A DNA stretch of 64,000 nt, from positions 8,988-72,987 of the forward strand of contig NZ_JAIXRZ010000003.1 in assembly GCF_027484945.1 (NCBI RefSeq), given 5' to 3'. Positions 40,445-50,012 of this stretch are shown in pieces. Within the stretch, counting starts at the first letter, position 1. Each line of letters starts with the position of its first letter. A program made the translations under genes and the position numbers. The notes below the pieces were generated by a model that had not been told where the DNA came from, searched no databases, and worked only from the letters and a program-made list of their open reading frames with translations. The DNA is from Flavobacterium sp. Its GTDB lineage: Bacteria; Bacteroidota; Bacteroidia; Flavobacteriales; Flavobacteriaceae.

Positions 40445-41518
40445 ATGTCTAAACAATCCTATCATATTCTCGGCGTAATGTCGGGCACATCGCTTGACGG
40501 CATTGACTTGGCCGAACTTTTTTTTACGTTCAAAAATGGGCATTGGCACTTTGAAATAGGCACAACAGAAACACAACCCTATCCCGATCATTGGGTGAAG
40601 CGCTTAAAAGAGGCAATCGGTTTTTCGGCAGACGAACTTCAACAAATTAATCGCGATTATACCCAGTATCTCGGTGCGGTTATTGCAGATTTCATCGACC
40701 AAAATTCGATTCAAAATATTGATGCCGTTTGCTCCCATGGTCATACTATTTTACACCAACCCCAAAACGGAATTACGCTGCAAATCGGCAATCTACCCGA
40801 AATCGCCAAACTAGTTAAACAAACTGTGGTTTGCGACTTTCGCGTACAGGATGTAGCGTTGGGTGGACAAGGAGCGCCTTTAGTCCCTATTGGTGATCGC
40901 TTACTTTTTGCAGACTACACCTATTGCTTGAACCTTGGCGGTTTTTCAAATGTATCTTTTGAACACCTTGGACAACGTTTGGCTTTTGATATTTCGCCAG
41001 TAAATACGGTATTGAATCATTATGCCAATCTACTTGATCTCCCCTATGATGCGGGTGGAAAAATTGCAGCATCCGGAGAAGTTCATACAGAACTACTCAA
41101 CACGCTTAACGGATTAGCGTATTATCAAAAACCATTTCCAAAATCGTTGGGTTTTGAATTTGTAAAGGAATGGATACTGCTCTTAATGGCAAATTATCCG
41201 ATAGCGACCGAAGATACCTTGTGTACGTTTGTTGAACATATTGCCTATCAAACGGCACAAGCATTACCCCAATCCGAAGGGAAAATTTTGGTTACAGGGG
41301 GCGGAGCTTACAATCATTTTTTATTGGATCGAATGGGTTCTTATCTTCCCAAAATAGAATTCATTATTCCCGACGCCAAAACTCTGGAATTTAAGGAGGC
41401 GTTAATCTTTGGTTTGTTGGGTGTATTACGATTGCGGAATGAAATCAATGTGCTCAGTAGTGTAACCGGGGCAAAACACGACCACTCGAGTGGAAAAGTG
41501 TATAAATCTACTTCGTAA
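40445..41518 (+). CDS. anmK: Anhydro-N-acetylmuramic acid kinase
   Basis: MSGTSLDGID, SHGHT, GGQGAPLVP, NLGGFSN, GGGAYN, KEA. Confidence 0.92.
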   Translation: MSKQSYHILGVMSGTSLDGIDLAELFFTFKNGHWHFEIGTTETQPYPDHWVKRLKEAIGFSADELQQINRDYTQYLGAVIADFIDQNSIQNIDAVCSHGHTILHQPQNGITLQIGNLPEIAKLVKQTVVCDFRVQDVALGGQGAPLVPIGDRLLFADYTYCLNLGGFSNVSFEHLGQRLAFDISPVNTVLNHYANLLDLPYDAGGKIAASGEVHTELLNTLNGLAYYQKPFPKSLGFEFVKEWILLLMANYPIATEDTLCTFVEHIAYQTAQALPQSEGKILVTGGGAYNHFLLDRMGSYLPKIEFIIPDAKTLEFKEALIFGLLGVLRLRNEINVLSSVTGAKHDHSSGKVYKSTS

Positions 41519-41567
41519 AACAAATATTGTGAATGAATCCGTATTTTTGCAACTGAAACAAACTGGA

Positions 41568-42794
41568 ATGAAAGATTTACTTAAAAAATTCGAAAATAAA
41601 CAACCGGAAATCGTATTCAACTGGAAAGATAGTGAAACTGAAGCCGAAGGTTGGACTGTGATTAACTCGTTACGTGGTGGTGCAGCTGGTGGCGGAACCC
41701 GAATGCGTAAAGGACTAGACATGAATGAAGTGCTATCACTAGCCAAAACCATGGAGGTAAAATTCACGGTTTCAGGTCCGGCGATCGGTGGCGCAAAATC
41801 AGGTATCAATTTTGATCCCAACGACCCGCGCAAAAATGAAGTTTTAAAACGTTGGTACAAAGCCGTCGCTCCTCTATTAAAAAGTTATTATGGAACGGGA
41901 GGTGATTTGAATGTGGACGAAATCCACGAAGTAATTCCGATGACCGAAGAATGTGGGGTATGGCATCCACAAGAAGGGGTATTCAATGGACATTTCAAAC
42001 CTACAGAAGCCGATAAAATCAACCGTATTGGACAACTGCGCCAAGGGGTTATTAAAGTCATTGAAAACCCAAAATTTTCTCCTGATGTGTTGCGTAAATT
42101 TACGATCGCCGATATGATTACTGGATATGGTGTAGCTGAGGCCGTGCGTCATTTCTACACTTCGTATGGCGGCGATTTTAAGGGCAAAAAAGCTATCGTT
42201 CAAGGATTTGGCAATGTGGGTTCGGCAGCTGCATTTTACCTTGCACAAATGGGGGTAACCGTTATTGGAATTATCGACCGCGACGGCGGAGTTATTCAAG
42301 AGAGTGGATTTAGTTTTGACGAAATCAAACGGTTATTTTTAAATAAAGACGGTAACAAATTGGTAGCTGAAAACATGCTACCCTTTGCCGAAATCAATGA
42401 AAAAATTTGGTCGTTAGGCGCACATATTTTTGCGCCATGTGCCGCTTCGCGATTGGTAACCCAAGCCCAAGTTGACGCTATGATTACCAGTGGATTGGAA
42501 GTGATAACGTGTGGCGCTAATGTTCCTTTTGCCGATAAAGAAATTTTCTTCGGACCCATAATGGAGGATGTAGATAGCCGCGTGAGTTTAATTCCCGATT
42601 TTATTTCCAATTGTGGTATGGCAAGAGTATTTGCCTATTTTATGGAGAAAAAAGTACAAATGACCGATGAGGCGATTTTTTACGACACATCGGAGACCAT
42701 AAAAAAAGCAATTGAACGGGTCTATGATCGAAAATCTGACACCCACAATATTAGTGCAACCGCTTTTGAAATTGCGTTGCAACAATTGGTATAA
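41568..42794 (+). CDS. Glu/Leu/Phe/Val dehydrogenase family protein
   Basis: GGGTR, GGAKSG, QGFGNVG, GAN, PDFISN. Confidence 0.88.
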   Translation: MKDLLKKFENKQPEIVFNWKDSETEAEGWTVINSLRGGAAGGGTRMRKGLDMNEVLSLAKTMEVKFTVSGPAIGGAKSGINFDPNDPRKNEVLKRWYKAVAPLLKSYYGTGGDLNVDEIHEVIPMTEECGVWHPQEGVFNGHFKPTEADKINRIGQLRQGVIKVIENPKFSPDVLRKFTIADMITGYGVAEAVRHFYTSYGGDFKGKKAIVQGFGNVGSAAAFYLAQMGVTVIGIIDRDGGVIQESGFSFDEIKRLFLNKDGNKLVAENMLPFAEINEKIWSLGAHIFAPCAASRLVTQAQVDAMITSGLEVITCGANVPFADKEIFFGPIMEDVDSRVSLIPDFISNCGMARVFAYFMEKKVQMTDEAIFYDTSETIKKAIERVYDRKSDTHNISATAFEIALQQLV

Positions 42795-43952
42795 ATGAAA
42801 ATTACCCGATTATTTGCTTTATTCTTCGAAAGTAAAAAAGCGAGCGGTCTAGTCTTAGTGACGTGTACTATTGTGTCTTTATTTTTGGCCAACTCTCGTT
42901 GGTCTGATGCTTATTTACACTTATGGCACACACCGATAGGCAGCCAACCCGTCGAGTATTGGATAAACGATGGTTTAATGGCGGTTTTCTTTTTATTAAT
43001 CGGACTCGAACTCGAACGGGAGGTTTATATTGGAGAACTTTCCAAAATAAAAGATGCGGTATTTCCTCTAGCGGGTGCTCTAGGTGGCATGTTAATTCCA
43101 GCTCTAATTTTCACGTTATTCAATTACAACACTCCTACCTCCAAAGGATACGGTATACCTATGGCAACCGATATTGCTTTTGCAATTGGAATTTTATCCC
43201 TCTTAGGCAATCGTGTACCCGTAGCATTGAAAGTTTTTCTAACCGCTTTGGCCGTAATTGACGATTTAGGAGCCATTTTAATGATTGCCATTTTTTATAC
43301 CGATTCATTAAATCTATTCAATCTAGGGATTTCTTTAGGAATTTTTGGTCTATTGCTTATCCTTAACCGATGTAGAGTGAATGCCCTTATTTGGTACCTT
43401 ATTGGAGGTGTTTTCATGTGGTATTTTATGTTGCACTCTGGGGTACATGCAACCATTACAGGTGTCCTACTGGCTTTTGCTATACCGTTTGAAAATGGTA
43501 GTCCGCGCAGTATTTCGTATCGCCTTCAACACCGGTTGCACAACCCGGTAGCCTTTTTAATCATCCCCTTATTTGCACTCTGCAATACCGCTGTGAGCAT
43601 CGATGGAAATGTTTTCGACACGTTGATACATCCCTACAGTATTGGAATTATTGCAGGTTTAGTCGTTGGAAAACCTTTGGGGATATTTATATTTAGTTGG
43701 CTTTCGGTTAAATGTAAAATTACACCGTTACCCGAAGGCTTTACATGGAACCGTTTACTCGGCTTAGGCATGCTCGGTGGTATTGGATTTACCATGTCCA
43801 TCTTTATCACATTATTGGCTTTCGAAGCTACCGAAATTAGGAACTCCTGTAAATTTTCGATTGTAATTGCTTCGACTATTTCAGGATTCGCTGGGTATGT
43901 TTGGCTTACTTATTGCCTACCAAAAACAGCCAAAAACCTTACTGTTGAATAA
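42795..43952 (+). CDS. nhaA: Na+/H+ antiporter NhaA
   Basis: WINDGLM, ATDIAFA, AVIDDLG, GKPLG, GIGFTMS. Confidence 0.95.
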   Translation: MKITRLFALFFESKKASGLVLVTCTIVSLFLANSRWSDAYLHLWHTPIGSQPVEYWINDGLMAVFFLLIGLELEREVYIGELSKIKDAVFPLAGALGGMLIPALIFTLFNYNTPTSKGYGIPMATDIAFAIGILSLLGNRVPVALKVFLTALAVIDDLGAILMIAIFYTDSLNLFNLGISLGIFGLLLILNRCRVNALIWYLIGGVFMWYFMLHSGVHATITGVLLAFAIPFENGSPRSISYRLQHRLHNPVAFLIIPLFALCNTAVSIDGNVFDTLIHPYSIGIIAGLVVGKPLGIFIFSWLSVKCKITPLPEGFTWNRLLGLGMLGGIGFTMSIFITLLAFEATEIRNSCKFSIVIASTISGFAGYVWLTYCLPKTAKNLTVE

Positions 43953-43991
43953 TTTTTTGTATTTTTAAACGTTGTAATACAAAACGGCTCT

Positions 43992-44981
43992 ATGACTCAG
44001 AATGATTTTCAACCTGCTAGTCCGGATTTTGATCGGCTTTCCGACGGACTCAAACCGATGGGAGAAACTACCGCCAAAGATAAGCGCAACTCCTTTATAA
44101 TAGCAACAGCCATTTATGCGGTGCTACTTGTAATTATGTTTTTTATCCGGTTTTGGCCTCCAACAGAGGCAGAAATGGCAGCACTAATCGCTGGAGGTGG
44201 CGGAGGAGGTGGCGTTACCGTTAATTTTGGTGATAGCGACTTCGGATCGGGAACCGATTTTCAAAGTGAAGCACTCAACGTAGCTACAACAACCCAATCC
44301 ACTGCAACAGCAGCGCCTGAAGAAAGTATAATCGCAGAAGAAAATAACGATGAGAACACTAGTGTTTTTGTTCCAAAAAATGAACCAGTTAAAAAACCAA
44401 CAACCCCTTCAATACAACCGGTAAAAACAACAAAACCCATAGATGTAAAGCAACCGGTACGCAAAGTAGACGATGCTTTGGCCAATTTATTAAAAGGAAA
44501 TAAAAAAGGGGGTGATGGCGACGATGCTTCGGGAGGCAACAAAGGGAAGTCCAATGGCAGCTTAAATTCAAATGGGTATTATGGCGAAGGTGGTTCAGGT
44601 GGAGGCTCAGGCAGTGGTAATGGTTCGGGCTCGGGCAGCGGAAGTGGTTCGGGCAGCGGAAGCGGTTCGGGAGGAGGAAATGGTAGTGGAATCGGACCCG
44701 GAAATGGTCCTGGATATTCACTCACTGGTCGTAAAGCCTTAAACAAACCCCAACCCAAATATACTTGTAACGAAACAGGAACCGTTGTCGTTCAAATAAC
44801 GGTTGATAAAAACGGTACGGTAATCGATGCCAAACCGGGAGCTCGTGGGACAACCAACGCTGCATCCTGCTTGGCCAATCAAGCTAAAATTGCCGCAATG
44901 CAAACCAAATGGTCGCCAAGTCCTGAGGGCGCTGAACGGCAAGTAGGTAAAATAACGTATACATTTAATTTGACTGAATAA
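43992..44981 (+). CDS. TonB-like energy transducer with Gly/Ser-rich linker
   Basis: N-terminal TM, Pro/Lys linker, GS repeat, C-terminal TonB_C-like domain (G.VVV.I.VD..G.V). Confidence 0.75.
   Translation: MTQNDFQPASPDFDRLSDGLKPMGETTAKDKRNSFIIATAIYAVLLVIMFFIRFWPPTEAEMAALIAGGGGGGGVTVNFGDSDFGSGTDFQSEALNVATTTQSTATAAPEESIIAEENNDENTSVFVPKNEPVKKPTTPSIQPVKTTKPIDVKQPVRKVDDALANLLKGNKKGGDGDDASGGNKGKSNGSLNSNGYYGEGGSGGGSGSGNGSGSGSGSGSGSGSGSGGGNGSGIGPGNGPGYSLTGRKALNKPQPKYTCNETGTVVVQITVDKNGTVIDAKPGARGTTNAASCLANQAKIAAMQTKWSPSPEGAERQVGKITYTFNLTE
44590..44715 (+). repeat. Coding Gly-Ser/Gly-Asn low-complexity repeat
   Basis: GGSGGGSGSGNGSGSGSGSGSGSGSGSGGGNGSG encoded with mixed synonymous codons. Confidence 0.85.
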
Positions 44982-44982
44982 T

Positions 44983-45009
44983 AAAAAGCTCCAGAATATG
45001 GAGCTTTTT
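44983..45009. terminator. Bidirectional intrinsic terminator
   Basis: AAAAAGCTCCA / TGGAGCTTTTT between convergent genes. Confidence 0.85.
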
Positions 45010-46232
45010 TATTTCGTATTCTTTGCCGCTATCCATTTTGCGAGATAGCGTTTGCTTTGTAAGGTATTATGTTGCAACAACTGTCGGATCACATGTTGTT
45101 CCCGATATTCTTTTAAGTGCAGGGAATAATCTTCGAACTGTTTCCAAAAATTTATAATTAACGTGTATTTGTTAAAGTGCGAATCAAGCAACGCAAAACC
45201 ATTGGCTTGTGCTTGTGTCCATAACGCTTGATCCTTATATAATTGAATTGCGAGGTCGGCAAACGTATCCCAATCATCAGAAATATATCCATTCCAAAGT
45301 TCTTGTGGGTGCATTGCTTCTGCGCCAATTGCAGTGGTAACCGAAGGTGTCCCTACTTGCATTGCTTCTAGTAATTTACCTTTAATACCCGCTCCAAATC
45401 GCAAAGGCGCAACCATAACTTTGGCTTTCGCAAGTACATCAAAAGCAGATTCGGCACGTCCTTCTATATGAAATCCAGTCTGCGGGTGATGCAACTGCAG
45501 TACTTTTTCAGTAGCATAGGCACCATAAATTCGAAGCTGAGCTTGCGGTAATTGTTGACGCATTCGGGGCCAAATATGGTATTTTAAGACCTGAACTGCA
45601 TCCCAATTGGGTTCATGGAGGAAATTACCAATTACTACAAAATCAGACCGTTCTTCAAAGGTTGGTATCGTTGGAGCTTTTTGACCAAACAAGGGCAAAT
45701 AGACCAATTGCGCATGCGGAAATTGCCATTCTGATTGCAACCAATCGTACTCAAATTGGGAGATCACCAAAACTAAGTCGCAACGGTAATACGCTGCTAA
45801 TTCACGTTTTGCCGTATCCGAAAGCAGCAGTTCGCGGGTAAGCGGCACATTATTTTTGACAGACTCTTGACGCGCCAACCTTAAAAAATGAACATCTTGT
45901 GAATCCAAAAGTGTTAGCGCATTCGGACACTGCTCGCGGACCCGCCATCCAAATTGTTCTTCGGTGATAAACCGGTCAAAAACTACTACATCGGGTTGCA
46001 AATTGCGCACCCAAGTATCAAATGTGGCATCATTTACCGCTATGGTTTGAAAAGCATAACCTAATGCGGCTTGGTCTTCTGAAAACTCAATATTTTGAGC
46101 AGCCGAAGCGACCGTAATGGTATAACCTTGCTCCTTAAATACTGCAAGTAATTGCAATGATCGTGTTCCCGCTGCCGACGATTTCGGTTCGGGCCACACG
46201 AGTCCGATAAAAAGAAGCTTTTTCTGTTCCAT
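45009..46232 (-). CDS. Glycosyltransferase family 4-like protein
   Basis: WPEP.SSAAG, GNF.H.PN, PLRFGAGIKGK..EAM. Confidence 0.82.
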   Translation of the reverse strand: MEQKKLLFIGLVWPEPKSSAAGTRSLQLLAVFKEQGYTITVASAAQNIEFSEDQAALGYAFQTIAVNDATFDTWVRNLQPDVVVFDRFITEEQFGWRVREQCPNALTLLDSQDVHFLRLARQESVKNNVPLTRELLLSDTAKRELAAYYRCDLVLVISQFEYDWLQSEWQFPHAQLVYLPLFGQKAPTIPTFEERSDFVVIGNFLHEPNWDAVQVLKYHIWPRMRQQLPQAQLRIYGAYATEKVLQLHHPQTGFHIEGRAESAFDVLAKAKVMVAPLRFGAGIKGKLLEAMQVGTPSVTTAIGAEAMHPQELWNGYISDDWDTFADLAIQLYKDQALWTQAQANGFALLDSHFNKYTLIINFWKQFEDYSLHLKEYREQHVIRQLLQHNTLQSKRYLAKWIAAKNTK

Positions 46233-46279
46233 AACTACAAAGAAAACATTTAATTTTGTGGCATCAAAATGCAATAATT

Positions 46280-46861
46280 ATGCTTGGATTACAATTGGCA
46301 ACCGACCCGCGTTGGGTAAACATCGTCGAATCGAATATTGAAGAAATTTTAACCGATCATGCATGGTGTGAACAGAAAGCCGCATCGAATGCAATTTACA
46401 TCATCGTGAATAATTCTGAAAAAGTAGATTTGGTAACGGAAATGTTGCGAATTGCTCGGGAAGAATTGGAGCATTTTGAGATGGTTCACGAAGTGATTAA
46501 AAAAAGAGGATTGGCTTTGGGTCGCGAACGCAAAGATGATTATGTAGGGGATTTGGTGAAATTTATGAAAAAAGATGGAAGTAGAAACGATGCTTTAATT
46601 GAGCGTCTCCTTTTTGCAGCCATGATAGAAGCGCGAAGTTGCGAGCGATTTAAAGTATTATCCAACAATATAAAAGACCCTGAATTGGCGCAATTCTATC
46701 GGGAATTAATGATTAGTGAAGCAGGGCATTATACCACTTTTTTAAATTTCGCACGCCAATATTCAGAAAAAGTAGATGTTGACCAACGGTGGAAAGAATG
46801 GATTGCATATGAAACCGAAATTATTTCAAAATACGGGAATAAAGAAACGGTTCACGGGTAG
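46280..46861 (+). CDS. miaE: tRNA-(ms2io6A37) hydroxylase MiaE
   Basis: DHAWCEQKAA, EELEHF, IEARSCERF, SEAGHY di-iron ligands. Confidence 0.9.
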   Translation: MLGLQLATDPRWVNIVESNIEEILTDHAWCEQKAASNAIYIIVNNSEKVDLVTEMLRIAREELEHFEMVHEVIKKRGLALGRERKDDYVGDLVKFMKKDGSRNDALIERLLFAAMIEARSCERFKVLSNNIKDPELAQFYRELMISEAGHYTTFLNFARQYSEKVDVDQRWKEWIAYETEIISKYGNKETVHG

Positions 46862-46878
46862 GGTTTTTTTATAATTTA

Positions 46879-46899
46879 TTATAAATTTTAAATTATAAA
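46879..46899. repeat. Short heptamer array (TTATAAA TTTTAAA TTATAAA)
   Basis: Same unit family as arrays at 55155 and 60343, just after miaE stop; short and AT-only. Confidence 0.4.
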
Positions 46900-46956
46900 T
46901 TATTATTTTCACCTTTTTGTCCATAAAAAAACTCCTACTAAAAGAAGAAGTTGTCG

Positions 46957-47030
46957 TGGGTCATACGGGAATCGAACCTGTGACTTCTACCCTGTCAAGG
47001 TAGCACTCTGAACCGCTGAGTTAATGACCC
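46957..47030 (-). tRNA. tRNA-Val(GAC), CCA not encoded
   Basis: GGGTCAT/ATGACCC acceptor stem, CTACC-TTGACAG-GGTAG anticodon arm, TTCGATT T-loop. Confidence 0.93.
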
Positions 47031-47045
47031 GTTTTAATTGCATTA

Positions 47046-47076
47046 CAAATTTATTGAAGTTTTTGTGGATTTCAAA
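47046..47076 (-). promoter_or_regulatory. Bacteroidota sigma70 promoter of tRNA-Val
   Basis: Minus strand TTTG-N19-TAAATTTG, consensus -33/-7. Confidence 0.75.
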
Positions 47077-47117
47077 AACAACATCAACGAAATCAATGTT
47101 TGTATACCAATTAAAAT

Positions 47118-47142
47118 AAAAAACCCGGAATTCATCCGGGTT
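47118..47142 (-). terminator. Intrinsic terminator of exbB-tonB-TPR operon
   Basis: AACCCGGA / TCCGGGTT stem with minus-strand U-tract. Confidence 0.75.
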
Positions 47143-47162
47143 AATTTATACGTATGGTTTTC

Positions 47163-48824
47163 TTATTTTAAAAGTTTTAAAGATTCTGTTGCATAGGTAT
47201 TGGTTGGATCCAAAGCTAAGGTTTTATTCAACAATTCTTTTGCTTTAATTTTATCAGTGTTGGCAAAGAAAGAGGCCATGTTATTGTAGGCTTCGGTTAG
47301 TTTACTTTTACTTTTAGTTACTTCTTCTGGCCCTTTGGCTACAATCATTTCTACATATTTTTCATACATATTAGTCATCACGTCATCTTTTTCCATTACA
47401 CTATTGATACGGGCTTTGTATAAATACGCTTCTGGATAATCTGGCTTTGCAGCAATAACATTATCCATTGCTTTGTCTGCATTGGTCAAAGCTACTAAAT
47501 CGGCCGTTTTGGCATCTTTTCCACGGTTTATAGTATGCACACATAATCCATAATAAATATTGTCTTCAATAAAGTTTTTAGAAGACGAATTCATAATCGC
47601 GGCTTCAAAAATACCGGCAGCTACTCCATATAATTTTTGTCCAAAATACGCTTTCCCAATTTCATTTAATCCGTTGGCTAAGTTCATATCCTGCTCTACA
47701 CCTTTTTTCAATGAAGTCAAACCTTCTGTAAAAAGGGCTTGATCAATTGTTTTTCCATCGGCTCCAATCGCTTTTTTAATTTTTGCTAAACCTAAGAAAT
47801 AGTAGTCTCCACCAATAATTCTTGTTCCTTTAGACAAATAATCCGTAAGCGCTTTAATTGACTCATCGGTATTCCCATTTTCATAGGCAGCATAACCCAA
47901 ATAGCGCAAAATACGCGGATTTACATTGTCTAACTTTTGCATTTCTTGTGCTTCCATCTCTAAGGCTTTGTAATCGCGGGTCAAGATTAAGAAATCGGCA
48001 TGACGCATACGTGAGGATAACGAATAATCGGTTAATTCCATGTATCGCTTGTAGTTTGAAAGCGCCTTGGCAATGTTTTCCTTATAGGTTGCGGGTTTAT
48101 TATTGGCCCATAAGTAATAGGTTTCTGCCAATTCACGGTATACAGGACCGTAATTGGGATTAATTGCAATTACTTCGTCGTATTTTTTAATGGATTCTCC
48201 ATAGGCTTTTGCACCCTTCAGCAATACCCCTTCCTGCATTTTAGCACGAATTATGGTATTATCTGTATTGTAAGCATCTCGGTAGGCTGCATACGCTTCG
48301 TTTTGATTTTTTAAGCCGTAATAGGCATCACCAATAGCTAATTTCACATAGGGATCATTTGGATTGGCTAATTTTGCCTTTTCCAAAACCGTTAAAGCAG
48401 CTTGATAATCTGGTTTTTCTGCATTCATATAGGCTTGCGCAATGTAGACATATTCTTCGACCTCTTTTTTACGCATTCCTTGTACAGCAAGATCAAACTT
48501 TGCTTTGGCTGCTGTAACATTTCCCGATTGTAAATCCAACTGCCCCAAACCGATCTGATTAAACTTTCCGCCATCTGCAGCCGACAATCCTTTATTGAAG
48601 GTAAATTGTGCAGAATCTTCAACACTTTGCTTTAGGTAAACATTTCCTAATAAAAAGGCGGCTCTACCATCCGCAGGTTTAGTTTTTAGAATTGCTTTCA
48701 ATATTGATTTTGCCTTATCATATTGTTCAGCATCTATTGCTTTTTTTGCTTGCTCTAAATCTTGAGCCTGCACCATCGCACTTACTGTAAATAATGCAAC
48801 GCTGAAAAATTTAATCTTGCTCAT
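47163..48824 (-). CDS. Exported multi-TPR protein
   Basis: Signal peptide (AQD), many TPR-like repeats. Confidence 0.85.
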   Translation of the reverse strand: MSKIKFFSVALFTVSAMVQAQDLEQAKKAIDAEQYDKAKSILKAILKTKPADGRAAFLLGNVYLKQSVEDSAQFTFNKGLSAADGGKFNQIGLGQLDLQSGNVTAAKAKFDLAVQGMRKKEVEEYVYIAQAYMNAEKPDYQAALTVLEKAKLANPNDPYVKLAIGDAYYGLKNQNEAYAAYRDAYNTDNTIIRAKMQEGVLLKGAKAYGESIKKYDEVIAINPNYGPVYRELAETYYLWANNKPATYKENIAKALSNYKRYMELTDYSLSSRMRHADFLILTRDYKALEMEAQEMQKLDNVNPRILRYLGYAAYENGNTDESIKALTDYLSKGTRIIGGDYYFLGLAKIKKAIGADGKTIDQALFTEGLTSLKKGVEQDMNLANGLNEIGKAYFGQKLYGVAAGIFEAAIMNSSSKNFIEDNIYYGLCVHTINRGKDAKTADLVALTNADKAMDNVIAAKPDYPEAYLYKARINSVMEKDDVMTNMYEKYVEMIVAKGPEEVTKSKSKLTEAYNNMASFFANTDKIKAKELLNKTLALDPTNTYATESLKLLK

Positions 48825-48850
48825 TGTATTCAAAATTTATTTTACGATTA

Positions 48851-49744
48851 TTAAATTTTATTTCGGGTAACTATTTTTCTTCCGGGTTCCCGAACCGGAG
48901 CGATTCCAGATTTGAGCACAATGCGTTGTCCTTTATCGCCGGCAATGAATGATGCGAAACCTATTCCGAGTCCTTCATAACCTTGACAATTGATAATATA
49001 CAAAACACGTGCCAAAGGATATTGGTTAGTACCAATGCTTTCTTGGGTGGGATAACTCAATTTACCATTGGTGTCTTCCACTGCAAGTTCATGTACTTTT
49101 TCAACATACGGAGCCAATTGCGCTGAAGGTTCAAACAACCAATTGCTTCCAACTACTCCAATCATTCCTTCGTGTTCGGCTACATACTGGATTACCTCTT
49201 GGCTGTTTTTCATCGAATACACCCCTTCTTTAGGCAACTCTTGAATGGACGCCTTTTCCATCATATAGCGCACACTGGCCGAATTGGGGTTATCAAATAC
49301 GACACCTTTAAACGCTTTATTTTTACCTTGTAGAAATGCAATTAAATCGGTCAACACGACCGTTGAATCTTTTTCACTATTGTTTCGAATCAAAGCCAAA
49401 CCATCCAATGCAAATGGTGTGGTTCGTGGCACAATCTTATGCGCTTTAAAAAAATTCAGTTCCTCTTTATTTAATTTACGCGATAAAATTGCAATACCCG
49501 ATTTTTGCTGTGAAAGCTTTTGTATAACTTCTTTTTCAGAAAGGGGAACAATTTGAAGTTTGGCATCATAAGTTGTCTCAAATACCAGCTCTTGATCGCT
49601 AACAATAGGCAACAAGGATTCATCCGTATAAACGGTTGCTTCTCCGCGTAAAATAGTATCTTTTTCAAGTTTGCCTTGTTGTTGATTGCAAGAAAAAACG
49701 AATCCCATTGCAACCAATAACACCAAATACTTCATGGATAGCAT
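48851..49744 (-). CDS. PstS-like (PBP2 fold) substrate-binding lipoprotein
   Basis: Lipobox FVFSC, DES..P, SR.L, DG.A, FDN.NS, YPL.R; no pstCAB nearby. Confidence 0.75.
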   Translation of the reverse strand: MLSMKYLVLLVAMGFVFSCNQQQGKLEKDTILRGEATVYTDESLLPIVSDQELVFETTYDAKLQIVPLSEKEVIQKLSQQKSGIAILSRKLNKEELNFFKAHKIVPRTTPFALDGLALIRNNSEKDSTVVLTDLIAFLQGKNKAFKGVVFDNPNSASVRYMMEKASIQELPKEGVYSMKNSQEVIQYVAEHEGMIGVVGSNWLFEPSAQLAPYVEKVHELAVEDTNGKLSYPTQESIGTNQYPLARVLYIINCQGYEGLGIGFASFIAGDKGQRIVLKSGIAPVREPGRKIVTRNKI

Positions 49745-49763
49745 CGTAATATTACTAGAGGTG

Positions 49764-50009
49764 TTAATTGGTTTCTTCTTCATCGGTTGAGGTATTAAAA
49801 AAGCGGATAAATCTAAAAAAGGCATAAACGATAATTACCCCTCCAAACAAGTACCGTTGATTGCTTGTAAGGTTTAAAGGAATTTTTTTCCAAAAGAGAA
49901 TCATTAATCCTAGAATAATATAAATGAAAAAAGACAACATTCCTATAAATAGAAGAAATCGCTCTTTAAGCGATTTCTTCTTATAGTTTGTAATGAAATT
50001 ACCAAACAT
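49764..50009 (-). CDS. Small two-TM membrane protein
   Basis: 81 aa, two hydrophobic helices, Y.FFRF motif, embedded in operon. Confidence 0.7.
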   Translation of the reverse strand: MFGNFITNYKKKSLKERFLLFIGMLSFFIYIILGLMILFWKKIPLNLTSNQRYLFGGVIIVYAFFRFIRFFNTSTDEEETN

Positions 50010-50012
50010 AAA

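Noticed and set aside
46256-47030. Functional link between miaE and adjacent tRNA, or an island integrated at the tRNA
   Set aside because: MiaE acts on tRNAs reading UNN codons, not Val(GAC); no integrase or repeated tRNA 3' end seen.
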